Origin: Harriotta raleighana
Lineage: Eukaryota
Length of the DNA stretch: 64,000 nucleotides
NCBI GenBank assembly: GCA_050575255.1
Contig: JBNZDD010013657.1
Coordinates: 2,626,352 to 2,690,351 of the forward strand
Direction of reading: 5' to 3'
Shown here: positions 24,933 to 39,718 of the stretch, piece by piece
Layout of the letters: each line of letters begins with the position of its first letter
How positions within the stretch are numbered: the stretch's first letter is position 1
Notes under the pieces: model-generated
Told to the model about the DNA's origin: nothing
The model's input: only the letters and a program-made list of their open reading frames with translations
Database searches by the model: none
Position numbers and translations under genes: made by a program

Positions 24933-27394
24933 CACGGTGCAGACAAGTCACAGATTCAAACACTGAGTCTAAGCTGAGTTATCTGATCTCAACCAAGCAA
25001 ATGGTTAGGTTACACCACAGATGGTGTCAGTATTCACAGGCCAGGGAGAAAGGCATTAACCAGCCTCAGATGATACTTATTCTTAGTAGTCATCCTTAAA
25101 TAAGATGTTGTTCCATTCATTTCAGGAACACACCTCAAAATGCTTCAAAGGATTTACTGTGTGTATAGTGTCGTGTGTATACTTTGGAAGCAAACGTGGC
25201 AGACAAATTGCGAGCACAATATCCCATAAACAGCCACAAAGTTAATTTTATCTGGAGGATTGTTGGCCAGGACACCAGGAGAAACTCCCCTTTCTTTTCA
25301 AATACAGTAGCTACAATGGACCTTTAACATCTACCTGAACATGGAGATGGGACCTCGTTTTAACATGAATGTGCAATGCATCACTACAAAAACAACTTGC
25401 ATTTATATAGCACCCTCCAAGCATGACAGCATCTCACAGCACATAAGCACCATAGCCCCTAGCACAGTATGAGACGGCGTCTGGCGTGGAGGGCGCTATA
25501 TAAATCTAAGTTGTTGTTGTTGCATTGGAGTGTCAGCCTGAGAAAGAGAGAGCTATGTGGTCAGAGATAACGTTGTTTGGATCAGACATTAAAGCAATGT
25601 CTTGTTCGTCTGTTCAAGTGGATTATATAATCCTTCACACACATCTACTATTCACCTCTTGGCAGTTTGTGAAACATGGATAAATTCTCTCCAGCGTTTG
25701 CCTATAAACACACGACGGCAGTTAATGGTGAAGCGTTTCGAGATATTTTCGATATTACGGACACTTCATTTGTGTATAAGAATTGCATATATGAAAGGAG
25801 GGTTATTTTTGTATGACAGCATCTCACATGTTCCCATTTACTGCTAGGTAAACAGAGTAAGGAAACTTGCCCAAGGTTTCATCCGCCAGGGAATATAACC
25901 TGGGTCCTCTCACTTGTAAGGCAAGCTCGCTAACTACTGTGGTACGAGACCCAAGCTTGTCCTTGACAACCATGAAACTGCTGCCTTGTCGTATCTAATA
26001 ATAATAAAATAATCATTACTTTTATAGTGCTGGATCACGTTGTCAAAACATATTGAAGCACTGCATAGGATTTTTACTGCATTTGTAGGCAAACATAGCA
26101 GCCAATTTGTGCCCAGCCTTGCAGTTAGAACACAAGCTTTATTTGTGGGGATTGTTAGCCCGACCATCCGAAGAATTTTCTCTTTAAATAGCATGATAGT
26201 ATCTTTAAGCGCCTCCCGGCGTGAAAGGCGCTATACAAATGTAATTTTGTTGTTGTCGTTTGCTTTCTTGCATTTTTGTTGAATAGACAAAGAGGACCTT
26301 GGTTTAACCTTTCATTTGAAGAATACCTTTAGCAATCCACCAGCACTGTGCTGGATGTCAGCCTGGATGAGAATCTCAAAACCCCAATGTGGGATTTGAA
26401 CCCACAGTTGGTAGCTCAGTTGATAACAGTCACTTGCATTCTCTAACCAGTTAAGCATCTTATCAGGGTGCCCACTGAGTCAGATCACAATGTTAATTGT
26501 CTGAAAAGTACACTTCCTTCTCATCTCTCAGCTGCTTTTTAATGACATCCTCTTTTAATCACATGACTGGAACAAAATAAATATTATACTTTGTTTGTTC
26601 AGCCTTATTAACCATTGACGGCTTTTCATCCTGAACAAGGCAATGCCCTTCTCCAACACTGTTTATTCGTCCAAAGCAATCTAAAATGTGGCGCTCGCTA
26701 TCACGCAAGTAAATTCTTCCATGTAATTTTTATCAACATACAAGTCCGTTTTGTTTGCACTTTGTATGGTAAGCGACCAACTTTGGGAAATGTCTGTGTT
26801 GCTGGGGTTGGAGGCGGCTTACACCCTGGATGCTAGAGCAGAAAGTGCAGTACCAGGTAAGGACAGAATCATATTCCTCTCTTGCGTATTTCCTTCTTCA
26901 GGAGCCTGTGCCTTACTCATGAGTTGATGCTTTGATCGTGTGTCAGCATGACACAGTCTCTTGAGTACAGAGGTTGTGGGTTGAAGACACCCCCATCCCC
27001 TCCCCCAAAATGTGTCTCGAATCCAGGCAGATCAGGGCGAAACTTTGGGCAAGTTTCTTTACTTCACACACATATACACACACACAGAGACGCATAATAA
27101 TAATCCGTCCCCCAAAAAACTATAATAAATTGGTCATTTTCAAGACTGTTTGTGGGACACTGCTGTGCGCAATTGGCTGCCGCGTTTCGCCCATATGTGA
27201 ATACATGTGAAATGAATACAGTCAATTCACTTTACAGTATATTCTGTGAAGTGCTTTGAGACGTCTTGAAGACATAAAAAGTGCTATATCAAATGCAAGG
27301 ATTATTATTGTTATTACAGTATTATTAAAATTGGGTCATAGAATCGCATCATCCCAGCTGACTGTCCATTGCAGTGCTGGGGGTGTTGTTGACA

Positions 27395-27600
27395 CATTAC
27401 TTTGGACAAATTGACATTGATAGACTGTTTCCAATCTGTGAGTCCAAAACTAAGAGAGCATAAACAAGAGGTAGTGAGTCAATACAATAGGGAGTTTAGG
27501 TGGAACTTCTTCGTGTAGCTGGCTTGTGCAGAGTATAAACACCAGCACAGATGAGTTAAACCAAATGGTCTATTTCCAAACTATATAGTTTTATATCAAT
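27395..27600 (+). mobile_element. Degenerate CR1 3' fragment
   Basis: gatagactgtttcca...gagtccaaaactaagagagcataa...gagtttaggtggaacttcttc...aaatggtctatttcc. Confidence 0.55.
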
Positions 27601-27898
27601 CTATTTACACTGAGACACTGTGTCATTGAGTAACAGATAAAGATCTTCTATTGATCTCCATTTGCTGACTTCTTCATCTGATCCCAGAAAGTGTGATGAA
27701 TCGAAGCAATCATTCCTGTCTTTATTTCCACTTAATCCTTTCCTCGTGGTTACAATCTGTACAGGTAAATTGAATGATATATGAAACATTGCGATTTTAG
27801 TGCTGCATGCCAGGAATAAGGATACTACAATGGAATGGATCGATCAGGGAGCTTAATAGTCCTAACGATAGGTTTTCTCAGGACATCTCAGGACATGC

Positions 27899-28197
27899 AG
27901 TCCTGTAGCTCAGTGATTAGAGCACTCTCCTTACAAGTGAGAGATCTGGGTTTGATTCCAGGTAGGGCGAAACCTTGGGACAAGTTTCCCTACTCCATAA
28001 AACCAATAATAATCCCCCCAAAGAAAATAATGAATTGTTTTTTTCAATCCACAACTGTTTGTGGATCACAGCTGTGTGCAATTGGCTGCCACATTTTGCG
28101 TATATATATAGTCAATTCACTTTACAGTATATTCTGTGAAGCATGTTGAAACCCCTGAAAAGCGCGATATCACATGCAAGGATTATTATTAGTATTA
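27899..28197 (+). mobile_element. Full-length SINE type A
   Basis: Family consensus. Confidence 0.88.
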
Positions 28198-28289
28198 TTC
28201 CTGGATCTGTGCCATCATTAAAGAATCATGTAATTATACAGCACAGAAGGAGACCATTCAGAGCATTGTGTCTGAGCTGTATCTTTGAA

Positions 28290-28425
28290 AACAAAACACA
28301 CAAAATAATGCAGATGCTGGAAATCTGAAACAAAAACAGAAGTTGCTGGGAAAACTCAGCAGGTCAGGCAGCATCCATGGAGAGAGGAAAGTGAGTCGAC
28401 GTTTCAGGTCCATGACCCTTCGTCA
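28290..28425. mobile_element. Terminal fragment of a chondrichthyan Penelope-like element
   Basis: tgcagatgctggaaatctgaaacaaaaacagaa...ctcagcaggtcaggcagcatc...gacgtttcaggtc...gacccttcgtca, a repeat end I recall as abundant in shark genomes. Class assignment is from memory. Confidence 0.55.
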
Positions 28426-28684
28426 ATTGGCAGTAGCTCCAATTCAATTTCTTCACTCAATCAAACTCCTAATTCTCACGTGCCTCTGATATGGTTTATG
28501 TATGAAAGTGAGCTTTGGGGATGTTGGATGGGTAAAGCTGGATACATTGATAGAGAGTTACATCACAGAAAAGGGCCATTTGGTTCACTTACTCTGCTGT
28601 GGATTTCAGAGCAAGCTGCTCATTCAATCCCACTGACTTGGCGTATACCCCATCTCCTTTCATGCCACTATCTTTCATATGAGG

Positions 28685-28945
28685 GTGTCAGCCTGGATCA
28701 GTGGTAGCCTCTGAGTCAAAAGGTTGTGGGTTCGAATCCCACATTGAGACTTCTGAGCAGAAAGCGTAAGATGACACTCTAATGCAGTGCTGGGGATGTA
28801 TTACATCAATGGGGATTCCGTCTTCTGGATGAGATGAGATGTTTAACCAGAGTCCTGTCTATGCCCGTTCAGGAGGACGTTAAAGATCCCAAGTCACTAT
28901 TCAATTAGAGAAAGGAGTTTCTCTCACTGTCCTGGCCAACAATCC
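28685..28945 (+). mobile_element. Old DeuSINE-like element (type C), 5' part
   Basis: gtgtcagcctggatcagtggtagc...ctgagtcaaaaggttgtgggttcgaatccc...gatgagatg...aaagatccc...tgtcctggccaaca. Confidence 0.75.
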
Positions 28946-29449
28946 TGTGGGGAGAGAGAAAACAGGAACTGCATTTAGCTGCTCTACTTTGAACATTAAT
29001 CTTCCTTACCTAGACTGAATAAAAATTCCACGTCATATTCCAGTGGTCAGGAAATGGCTAGCTACTGCTATGGATACTATACTGGATGACATCAGTGCTT
29101 GAGGTTTGTGCTGTGGAAACATGTCATAAACTAATTGGGATGAATGAAGAGTGGTGGTGTTTAAAGATTGTAATTACTGGATTAGCAAACAGAGATCCGG
29201 AATATTTCTACCCCGGTGCGTCAGATGCTTTGAGTGCGTTTGACAGTTCAATGCTAATAGCTTGTCTGGTTACTCATATCTGCAGAGGGTTCAAAGCAAA
29301 TTCAATTATTCCACACTTTGCTGTTCTTACTGTTAACCTGAATTATCTTTCCTTAAACATAAAAAACTACATATGTTAACGTCGTTTTCAACGTCAGAAT
29401 TAAAATCAGAGCAACTCTCAATCTTTGAGTTTGACTGGAAGTAAGGCGG

Positions 29450-29779
29450 TGGAGTTCTGTAGAGCAGTGTTTAGTATGCTTGCCTTGCAAGCAAAAGGAA
29501 ACAGGTTTGATTCCTGGGTGAGGCGAAACTCTAGGACAGTTTCCTTACTCCACACTTCTCTGTTTACCTAGCGGATCACTTTCAGAGGGTAATAAACCCT
29601 CCAAAAAAAATTAGATCACTCAATTTCACGATTGTTTGTGGGACACTGCTGTGCGTAATCAGGTGTCACGCTTTGCCCCTAGAATACACAGTCAATTCAG
29701 TTTACAATATGCTCTGTGAAATGCTCTGAGATGCCTCAACATTGTGATAAGATGCTATATCAAATGCAAGGATTATTAC
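29450..29779 (+). mobile_element. SINE type B
   Basis: Head, ttccttactccacacttctctgtttacctagcgg, and tail. Confidence 0.8.
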
Positions 29780-31874
29780 TTGAAGTGTAATCAGCAAATT
29801 CCTTCCATAGATTAAACTGAACCAACCCTTTTATAGCATCTTGATTAGGTGACAATTTGGGACTATTCGTGGCCTCTGTTCTAGCCAACATTTCTCAACT
29901 GCTAGAGACACCGAAGGAAGAATTTCAACAGAACCTCTCCATTTCCTCTGTTCAACCTGAACCTATTGCCCTCTGCAGATCACATCCTGTACCTCTTTCT
30001 GGTACTGTACATTAAAAGGAGTTTCTGGTCTCAAAACATGAGCAGTGGGTGATAGTTCCATAACTGAAGTATCTATGTGAAGAAAATCTCCAATACCAGG
30101 CAGCTTTGCAATAACCCAAGGCTAAAGGGTGAACAATCTGTCCAGCTCAGCAATGGGCTCATGGTTGTTTGTTGACTTGTCTAAACCCTGTGACTCAAAG
30201 CCCTGAAGGTTGATCCAGACGTTCTGGGCTATGTTGTTATCAAATTGACCTAGAAGTGATCTGTGCTGACGCTAAGGCCATTTCTCTACATCACTATCAT
30301 TCTGGGGGACAAAATCAAAAGCTGTTGAAAACTAAAATCACACTCACAACAATGTGTATACTTTATTATCAATTGTGTGAAGCTGCCTGTTGCTATAGAA
30401 CAGAGATACGGCTGTGAGAACAGAACAAAAAGGTGGGAGTTCTTGTCAGGCAAACCAACACCATCTACTGTATGGTCTTAAAAGGAAATCATAATAATCC
30501 TTCTACTGTACTTGGTATAACATCTTATCGGGGCACTGAAACATCTCAAAGCGCTTCACAGAATATATTGTAAAGTGAAGTGATTATGTACATTTTTGGT
30601 GAGATGTGCAGTACCTGAAATGAGTTGCAAGGAAAAGCCCCTGATGGCAGAACGTATTTAAGAAACAACTTGGTTCTGTGATGGAAAGACAATAAGGCGG
30701 GTATTCTGGAGGAATGAAATCCTAGCTTGTGTTGTTACAAACCTACTTGTTGGTACATTAAAGGAGTATTTTATGTGGACTTTCCAATTGGTATCAATGA
30801 CACAATTAATCAAATGCCCTGAACTAACACACCAATTTGTGGGTGGTGCTAGATTTTGCTTGCCTATCAGATGATTCTCAGGGGATTAAACAGCTCAATA
30901 TCCTTGTTGTTCACCCTACGTGCCAGGATTTCCAACCAGTCACCAAACAAAACAGTTCCTTTTATTGCTCTGTGCCTTTATCTGCGGTAATCTTCAAAGC
31001 ATCTGAACGGATTTTAAGTCAGATCAAACAGAGGTGAATACACAGGAGCCCAGCATTGCCCCGTCACTGCCGTGATCAAACTAATTTGTAAACCTCTAGA
31101 GACAAGCAGTGCAGTGGGATAACAATAATAAGAATAAGAATAATAATCCTTTCATTTGATACAGCGCCTTATCATGTTGTTGAGCCATGTCAAAGCACTT
31201 TATAGAATATACTGTAAAGTGAATTGAGTGTATGTTTTCTGTGGACAAAATGCAGCAGCCAATTGCACACAGTAGTGTCCCACAAACAGCTGTCACAGTT
31301 GTGGAACATCCTCCCGACGTGAAAGGCACTCTATAAATGTAATTTTGTTATTGTTGTGACCAAATTATGTTGAACACATTACAGTTGTCATTATTTTATT
31401 ACAAATATCTCTTGCTACCCCTTTCACCCCCCCCATCTCACATGTTTTCACCACAAACTCCAGATCTTAGATATAAGGACAATAGTATTAAGGGCAAGAT
31501 ACATCAGAGATAGGGCTGGGGGGAAGGAAGAGTGAATGTCTGATTTCTGATCAGCTACTCTGATGATCTGTTGGATGAAGGTGATTAAATGGCATGGCTG
31601 GGTCATACAGAACTGAAGGTCAAAGGGTTATCCCTCCTGTACCTCACCCAAATGGGCACTATACATGCATGCAGGATGCTTGGCAATAAAAATCAGCAGA
31701 CAGTTTAACCAGGGAAGGCATCTATCCAATCCACACCTTATCCTACCCTCATCTGATCCCCACAAATACACATCTACAATGTCAGCATTAATAGGGAGAC
31801 CTCTGTCTCAATTTCTCATCCCCTCCCTTGGCCAAGACACGGAAGCTGTGCCTAAAATAGGATTAGATACAGAA

Positions 31875-32320
31875 ATAATCCTTGCATTTGAAATAGTACC
31901 TTCTCATCTTTGAGATGTCTGAAATTGCTTCACAGGATACATTATATAAACTGGTTTGACAGTGTATTTTATAGGGCAATGCAGAAGCCAATTTTGCACA
32001 CAGCTATTTCCCCCCAAAACATCCATGAAGTGAATGACCATTTTTTATTTGGAGGATTGTTGGCCAGGACACCAGAAGCAGCATCTTTCCTTATTCCAAA
32101 TAGGGATCTTGAACATTCATTAACTTGAACAAAAGGGACCTCGGTTTAAACGTTTCATCCAAGAATGGTAATCCCGACAATGCAGGGCTCTCTCCAGTTT
32201 TACACTGTTGTGTTAATCTAGACTGTGTCAGTTCAAAGTTTCAATGTGGGTTTGCTTGAACCCACAGCTTGATATCTCAGGTGAGAGTGCTGTTAATCAC
32301 AAAGTATAGCCAGCCAAGAC
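31875..32320 (-). mobile_element. Near full-length old DeuSINE-like element (type C)
   Basis: Tail, ...tgttggccaggacacc...gggacctcggtttaaacgtttcatcc..., and head ttgaacccacagc...gagagtgct. Confidence 0.7.
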
Positions 32321-35300
32321 TTCAGTTCCAGCCACATGGAGGGCTTGAATGTTGGACCTTCCCGCAATGTTACTGGCTGAATAAAACCCACTGCCACTGC
32401 CATTGGGGAAGATGTCAGATGGTACTCCGAGCACTAACCCTAGTTGGTTTTATCTTGTTTTAGTAGTTGTGATGGGCGGCAGACATTAAATGGTTAAGCG
32501 TTCTCATCTCTGAGGGTTAAATCAATGAGGCTGGAGTGCAGAATAGAATGCATTTCTTTCCATTGTGGGCCCTGTGTTTGTTATCTAAGTGCTTTCTCTG
32601 AATGAAGAAGAGAGAATGGGTTGAGGAGAGGATGAATCATACTTTGCTGTTTGTCTAAACCTCCCACAAGTTTGTTCAAATCAGTGGCTGAAAAGCACTG
32701 AATGAAAATCAATTGGACACAGACCAGCCTTGACTCCATGGTGATGAAGAGCGTTAGGATTTTTTGGTTCATCTTTTAAAAAACAAAATCCACTGAAGAT
32801 AAATTTACTCAGTTAAGGAGAGAAGAGGCAGGTACCAACCTGCATGGGGATTGCAGCAAACTATTGAAGAGCATTTTTGCAGCACGTCAACTATCTAAGA
32901 CACTAACATCTGAGTGCTAAAAAGTTCATTGCAAAACTGGAGCTCACGCCAACCTGTTTTAAAGCACGAATGAGTAAGTAGTGAAACTTAAGATCTCTCC
33001 CAGGTAAGATAGTCGCTGGTGAAACATTTCACTCCAGCCTGTGGATTGATTTAAGATGCTGTCACAGTACCTCTTGTGGGAGTTGCTGTGATTCACACAC
33101 GGTAGCTGATGAAAGATTGTACAATTAGTAAAAGAAGACTGAGGATGAGTTCAAAGTCACTTGTGATTTTACTTCACCAAAAAGGCAGATTGTGCCTATT
33201 TTAGGTAAAATGTTTGTTTATGTCTGTGTTCAGCATAGATCATGTCTTCAGCTGCTTTACATGCTGTCCGTCTGACTGATATAACTTGGAGATAGTGTAT
33301 AATTGAAAATATCTGATATGTTGACGCTCTCCACACTCCCTCCAAGGAGTTTCAGGTTTATTCCCTCTCTAACCCTCCTTCCCACCCCTCATCAAATCTT
33401 GTATCTGCATTTTTCTAACAGCTTTAAAAATAATATGTAACTTTTTAAAAATGTTTTCATAATATAATACTGCAGTAATAATAATCCTTACACTTGTTTG
33501 ATAAAGCATCTTATCGTGCCGTTGAGTTGTCTCAACGGTCTTTACTGGATTTTACTGTAAAGTGCAGTGACTGTGTGTTATAGTTAAATGCAGCAGCTAA
33601 TCTGTAATGTCCCACAAACAGACAGGAAGTGAGTGACAACTCTTCTTTACAAAATATCTTGAGATGTTATGAAAGGGCCGATATACGTATATGTCAATTT
33701 CTATTGTCCTCTCCAAAATTTGATGCTGGAGCATCGAAGCCCATAACACTTTCTAATTTCAAAATTTCCCCCCCAACAAACAATGCTGTTAACACCCTAA
33801 GCCTTCTGTTCTCTGTTCTGGACCTGCAAAGGTTAACCCTTTCACTGCCCCAGCTGAGAACAGCGTGAGGCTGGGGATTCAAGCCTGCAGCTTTCCGTTC
33901 TTGAAAGAGTTTGCGGGAAGTGTGTCTCGTGCTTTGAAGCATGTGTTCAAATCTCTCTCCCTCTGCTATCCACTTCACAGACTGGCCTCCGCTGGTCTGG
34001 ACTGACATTCCAGCATTGTCCCAGCTGCACAATGCACAAGCGGGAGTTAGTTCATGTATTTAAGGAGTGATGATACACAACCTGAAAATGGGATCTGAGC
34101 TAATCCCCATTCCCCGAATAATAATGCTGATAATAATGATAATAATAATAATAATGCAGATCTAGGTGGCAATGTAAAAGAATGATCATTTCTATTTTTG
34201 CTGCAATCTAGGACTGTTAGTAAGACTACAGTATTCAAAAATTGCTTGACAGAATGCCTAGCGTACAAAGTATCAATCTCCTGGAAAAAGTAACTATTTT
34301 AAGAAGCTCCAATATAAGGATTAAGGAAAGTAATAATATCCATTCATAAGTAAATTAACCGTGCTTTTGGACTGGCTGACCCGTCACTGAAAACCATTCA
34401 GACATGGGGTCTACAGAATCATTTAAACTGCAATAAGATAATAATAATAAGTCTTATCTCAAAGAGCTTAATAGGATTTATTGTAAAATGCAGTGACTAT
34501 ATATTTTGTAAGTGAACTCGTCTGCCAATTTGCATAGACCGAAGTCTCACAAACAGTCACAGAGTGAATGATCAGTTTATTTGAGGAATTGTTGGCCAGG
34601 AACCAGGAGAAACTCTCTCCTCTTATCAAATATTGCCATGGGATCTATTAACATCCTCTTGAATGGACAGACGGGAACTTGGTTTAACGTTTCATCCAAA
34701 GGGCAGCACTTCCAACAATGCAGTTTCTGCCATGAAATGTACAGCTTTGGGGAGGGAGGAATGGGGAGGAGAAAGGATGGAGGGGGCACTGTTCACTCCC
34801 ATAATCATAGCAAACTAAGAAGTTTCCTTACTCCACATGCCTAATAATAATTCTTCTAAAAAAAAACACAATAATAAAATTGGTCATCTCAATCCACTGC
34901 TGTGCGCAATTAGCTGCCGCGTTTCGCCCACAAATATACAGTCAATTCACTTTACAGTATATTCTGTGAAGCGCTTTGGGACATCGATAAGATGTGAAAA
35001 GCGCTGTATCAAATGCAAAGATTATTATTAATATTATTATTATCAAGTTCTGAGCTTGGCAGCTTTTCTGTAGGAAAATTGGTCTCTGGCAACAAACTGC
35101 TGTGAAAAGTGGGCACAAAGCTAATGACAACAGGTAATTGAGGACAGAATAAACAGCGCAGACTGAGAAATGAAGGCAAAGCAAGTATTTCGGTAGGAGA
35201 NAGTTCTGAGCTTGGCAGCTTTTCTGTAGGAAAATTGGTCTCTGGCAACAAACTGCTGTGAAAAGTGGGCACAAAGCTAATGACAACAGGTAATTGAGGA

Positions 35301-38300
35301 CAGAATAAACAGCGAAATGAAGGCAAAGCAAGTATTTCGGTAGGAGGGTTTCAGTGGGATCACAGACCACAAGAGGACGCACGAGTGATTTACAACTGTC
35401 ATTTGAGTCCGGGGGCAAGATTTGCTTTAGAGACCAATTCCCCAGTTATATTATATAACCTAGGCTCTGGAGGTTGTGGAAGTATCTTATAATTATTCAA
35501 CTAGTGACTTCCTTGCCCTTTTCAGTATTTATCTGGAAATGTACAAGGAATATCAAATTCAAGAATTATTATAAAAGCCTCTTACTTCAGCGCCTTTCAT
35601 GGCTGCGATTTATATTTTAAAGACTGGCTTCAATTCCCACATCAGATGGGGAACTCTGGAGTAAAGTGTACAGTTTTCATTGTGCGTTTCCTGTGTTAAG
35701 TGACAGAATAATTGGGTCACTCAACTCGCAACTGTTTGCTGTACGCAATTGGCTGCCGCGTTTCGCCCACAAATATACAGTCGATTCACTTCACAGTATA
35801 TTCTGTGAAGCACTTTGAGACGTCTAGAAGACATGAAAAGTGCTACATCAAATGTGAGGATTATTGGTATTCTGTATTATTATAAATAAAGTAAAAGTCA
35901 CATCATTGTTGAACGAGGAACTGAGCTAGACGTGAATGGTGGTGCTGAACACATATAGAATGTATACATGACCTTGGATACCCTAGACGAACATGTGTAC
36001 TACTTCATCTAGAGTCTCATTGAGCAGAGGGGGAGCAGGGTCAGGAGAGAGGGTAGGAACTGTACCAGTCACAAAAGTGAACCCACAACACTACTTGGTA
36101 AGAAAAGAGAATTTCTACCTCCCCCTCACCCCCCTCCCAAGTCCTGGCCAATGATCCCACCAATAACTTTGGTCATTCACACTATCTATGGCTGTTTGTA
36201 GACCATTCGACCACAAAATATACAATCAATGCCCTTGACAGTGTTTTATGTGAAGCGCTTTGATGTGACCTCCAGATGTGAAAGGCGTTGTACCAAGCAA
36301 TAATGCAGGTTGCAGGTTGCGAAGCAGTGTCACACAGGTATGAGAAAACCTGCAGCTCATCTGGCATCAGTGCTATTTTCCTGTTTGTTCTACGACAATG
36401 CTTGAAGCTCACCAACTCCGACCACTGATTCCAACTTAATCCCTGGAACGCTTTGCATCACTGGCAGACCTTGAACGGGTAATCTGTGTGCATATATTGT
36501 CGTTTTATTTAAGATATATGCATAATGCATGACACGAATCTGGGAGACCTTCGCCATAATAAATGTCATTAATCCTCGTCGGTTTGTGCTTGGCTCTGTG
36601 TTTATCAGTGTCACAGAGCGTGCAGACAGCTGCAAGACTCAGGCAGACAGGATTAAACGCTCCTAAAAGGAACGTCATAAACGGCAAGGAATTGTGTGTT
36701 ATAGCAGACAAATGATACCGGGGAGAGAATGCAGAGTTTTAACCTAATCTCTGGATCAAAACATGAGTTATTGTCTGCCGATGGCTTGTGTCAATGCAAT
36801 GCCATTTCAGTCTCATTGTTGTGGCTGCAGATTTGAACCGACTCCCAGGTATTTGTTAATTTCAAAGCGAATTAAAGCAATGCATCAGTGCAATATCACA
36901 ACAACAACAAAATTACATTTGTAAAGCACCTTTCACGAGAGGTTTGCGCTGAAGAAATCCCTTGTTTATTGGGATTTTCTTCCCTCCACCTCCCCGTGTT
37001 CCCATTCCCCTATCAGGGATGATCCCAAGAAAGAACTGCGTAAAATATGTCTCCTTTGGCTATGAAGGCCATGATGCAACAACACACATCATGTCAAAAC
37101 ATGACCTGGTGCTTAACAGGTGTGACGTTGCTAGAATGAGAAGGACATGCGTATCATCAGCATTATAATAATAACCTTTGCAGATGGTACTGTTGCCTTA
37201 CCACATCAGCACAACCTCTCAAAATGCTTGACAGGTTTTTTGGCGGCTGGATACTCATTTAGCATTTGGATACTCTATCGGGTCCTGTTTCTGTACAGAG
37301 TTCCCTGCACGTGAAGCTAAGTTATAATAATAATCATATAATCCTTGCATTTGATATAGGGTTTTCACATCTTCTCGACGTCTCAAAGCACTTCACAGAA
37401 TATATTTTAAAGTGAATTGACTGTATATTTGTGGGCGAAATGTGGCAGCCAATTGCACGCAGCGGTGTCCCACAAACAGTCGTGGATTATTATTAGGCGT
37501 GTGGAGTAAGAAAAGTTGCCCAAGGTTTTGCCTTGACCTGCCTGGATCCATTGCAAGTTCCATTGAAGGCAACCATTTGAAAAGATTCTGCCTAACAGAT
37601 TACAATTGAACAAAAAACAACTGCTTTGCATGGACATCCGCTGAATAATGACTCTGCTCTGCCGAGCGAGGCTTCACATACTGCCGTGCGGGTGATTCGG
37701 TGGCTCTCTGTCCTCACTGGAGCCCCATCCCCAGAAGTTACTGACATCCTCGTGTTCCTGGCTTCTGAAAAACAGCAAATTTGAAGATTTGCTGCTGTGC
37801 CTATTATTTGTTGTTTGAGATGTCGCGAGTGCAGCAATTCTTAGAAAGAAATTGTTTGTTGCAGTGGTTTTCTGAGTAAGAGTCAACTAGGGAGAAACAC
37901 TGGCCAAGTTTCCTTATCCCACATGCCTTTTTTTCCCCCAGCAGCAAGACAGAACCCGGTTGTTAGTCGATTGGAGGATCACTTCTCTGGGGGGAAATAA
38001 TTCCTTCAAATAAATAATAGTAACAATTTGGTCACTTAATCCTCAGTTGTTTGTGGGACGCAATTGGCTGCCGCGTTTCAGCCACAAATAAACAGGCGAT
38101 TTACCATGAGGAGTGCTAAGGCGCTACGTCAAATGCAAGGATTATTTACTATTAAATAACCTCCTCTCCCACCACCAAAAAAAAATGGTTGATTTGTTTC
38201 ATGGTTGTGTGGAGGACGTTGCTGTGTGCATAATGACTGCCATGCTTGTCTACAAAATACACCACAGTCACTACATTCTCTAGTGAATCCTGCAATATGC

Positions 38301-38914
38301 TTTGAGAAGTCCTTTGGACATGAAAGACACTATATCAGATGCAACAATTATAAAATCCATAATGTTATTATATATTCCTGAATTAGCGCCCGTGTCACTG
38401 ATGCACTGAAGCTCACACTTGGAGTCCAAACAGGAAGAAATGCTCCTCAGAATGGTATCTATTTATACCGAGACACTATCATAAACCATCATAGCTCATG
38501 GTTTATGTGGCTCTGCTCTAATTAGCATCTGACATTTCTCCCCATTCATTTCCATTTAAGACCATTCTCCAGAGAGCTAACCTTCGGTACTGCCGGGAGT
38601 CAGAAAAACATTGTGTATTCAAAACTGTCAGGAGACGTCGGAATACAGAGTGACACATGGTTTATGGAATCCCCTCTCCTGAGATTCATTCTCTGTCCTT
38701 TTTTGCCTTTTCTGCCTCGTACATTTACTTTCTTCTCTCCTGAAAGCAATGATGTAGACTGGGTGTTGGTCTTCAGATACCCATCACTCATTGCTGTTTG
38801 CACAAATGAGAGTTCTGTAGGTGGGAGCCCTAAAAGTACTGTGATCAGGCTGTTGAGGACATCACAATTAAAGATTGTGAAAAAGGGAATACTAACACTA
38901 ATACCTTTTAGTGA

Positions 38915-39229
38915 TAATAATAATAATCCTTGCATTTGATATAGCGCTTTTCCCATCTCATCGACGTCTCAAAGCGCTTCACAGATTACACTGTAAAGTG
39001 AATTGACTGTATATTTGTGAGGGAAACGCAGCACCCAGTTGCGCACAGCAGTGTCCCACAATCAGTTGTGGATTGAAATGACCAATTTTATTATTGTGGG
39101 TTTTTTTGGACGGAATTATTAGTAGGCATGTGGAGTAAGGAAACTTCCCAAGGTATCGCCCTGATCTGCCTGGATTCGAACACAGGTCTCACGCTTGTAA
39201 GGCGATTGCTCTAACCACTGAGCTACAGG
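38915..39229 (-). mobile_element. Full-length SINE type A
   Basis: Family consensus on the minus strand. Confidence 0.9.
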
Positions 39230-39344
39230 AGATCTATTCGGACTATGTTTTGGTCATTGCCTCTTAGTGCAATTCACAGGTTTCAGACTTTTACCGATTT
39301 CTTTCATTAAAACCCTTGACTGATCAATGTTCAGGAATCCCATA

Positions 39345-39718
39345 GTGTGTTAGTTAGAATGTTCGTCTTGCAAGCAACAGGGCCTGGGTTCGATTCCCAG
39401 GCAGGGCAAAACCTTTTAGTCAGGTTTCCTCACTTCATATGTCTCTGTTTACCTGGCAATAAGTAGGAACTCAATTGTTAGTCGATTGGCGGATTGATTT
39501 CCGGGCATAATAATCCCTTTTTTTAAAAATTACGTCACTCAAACCACGACTGTTTGTGGGACATTGCTGTGCACAATTGCTGACGTGTTTCATTCACAAA
39601 ATATACACTCAATTCACTTTACAGTATATTCTGTGAAGAGTTTCGAGGCATCTCAACAAAGTGATAAGATGCTACATCAAATGCAAGGATTAGTATTATT
39701 ATTATTTTTATTATTATT
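39345..39718 (+). mobile_element. SINE type B
   Basis: Contains ctctgtttacctggcaataagtaggaactcaattgttagtcgattggcggat. Confidence 0.82.
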
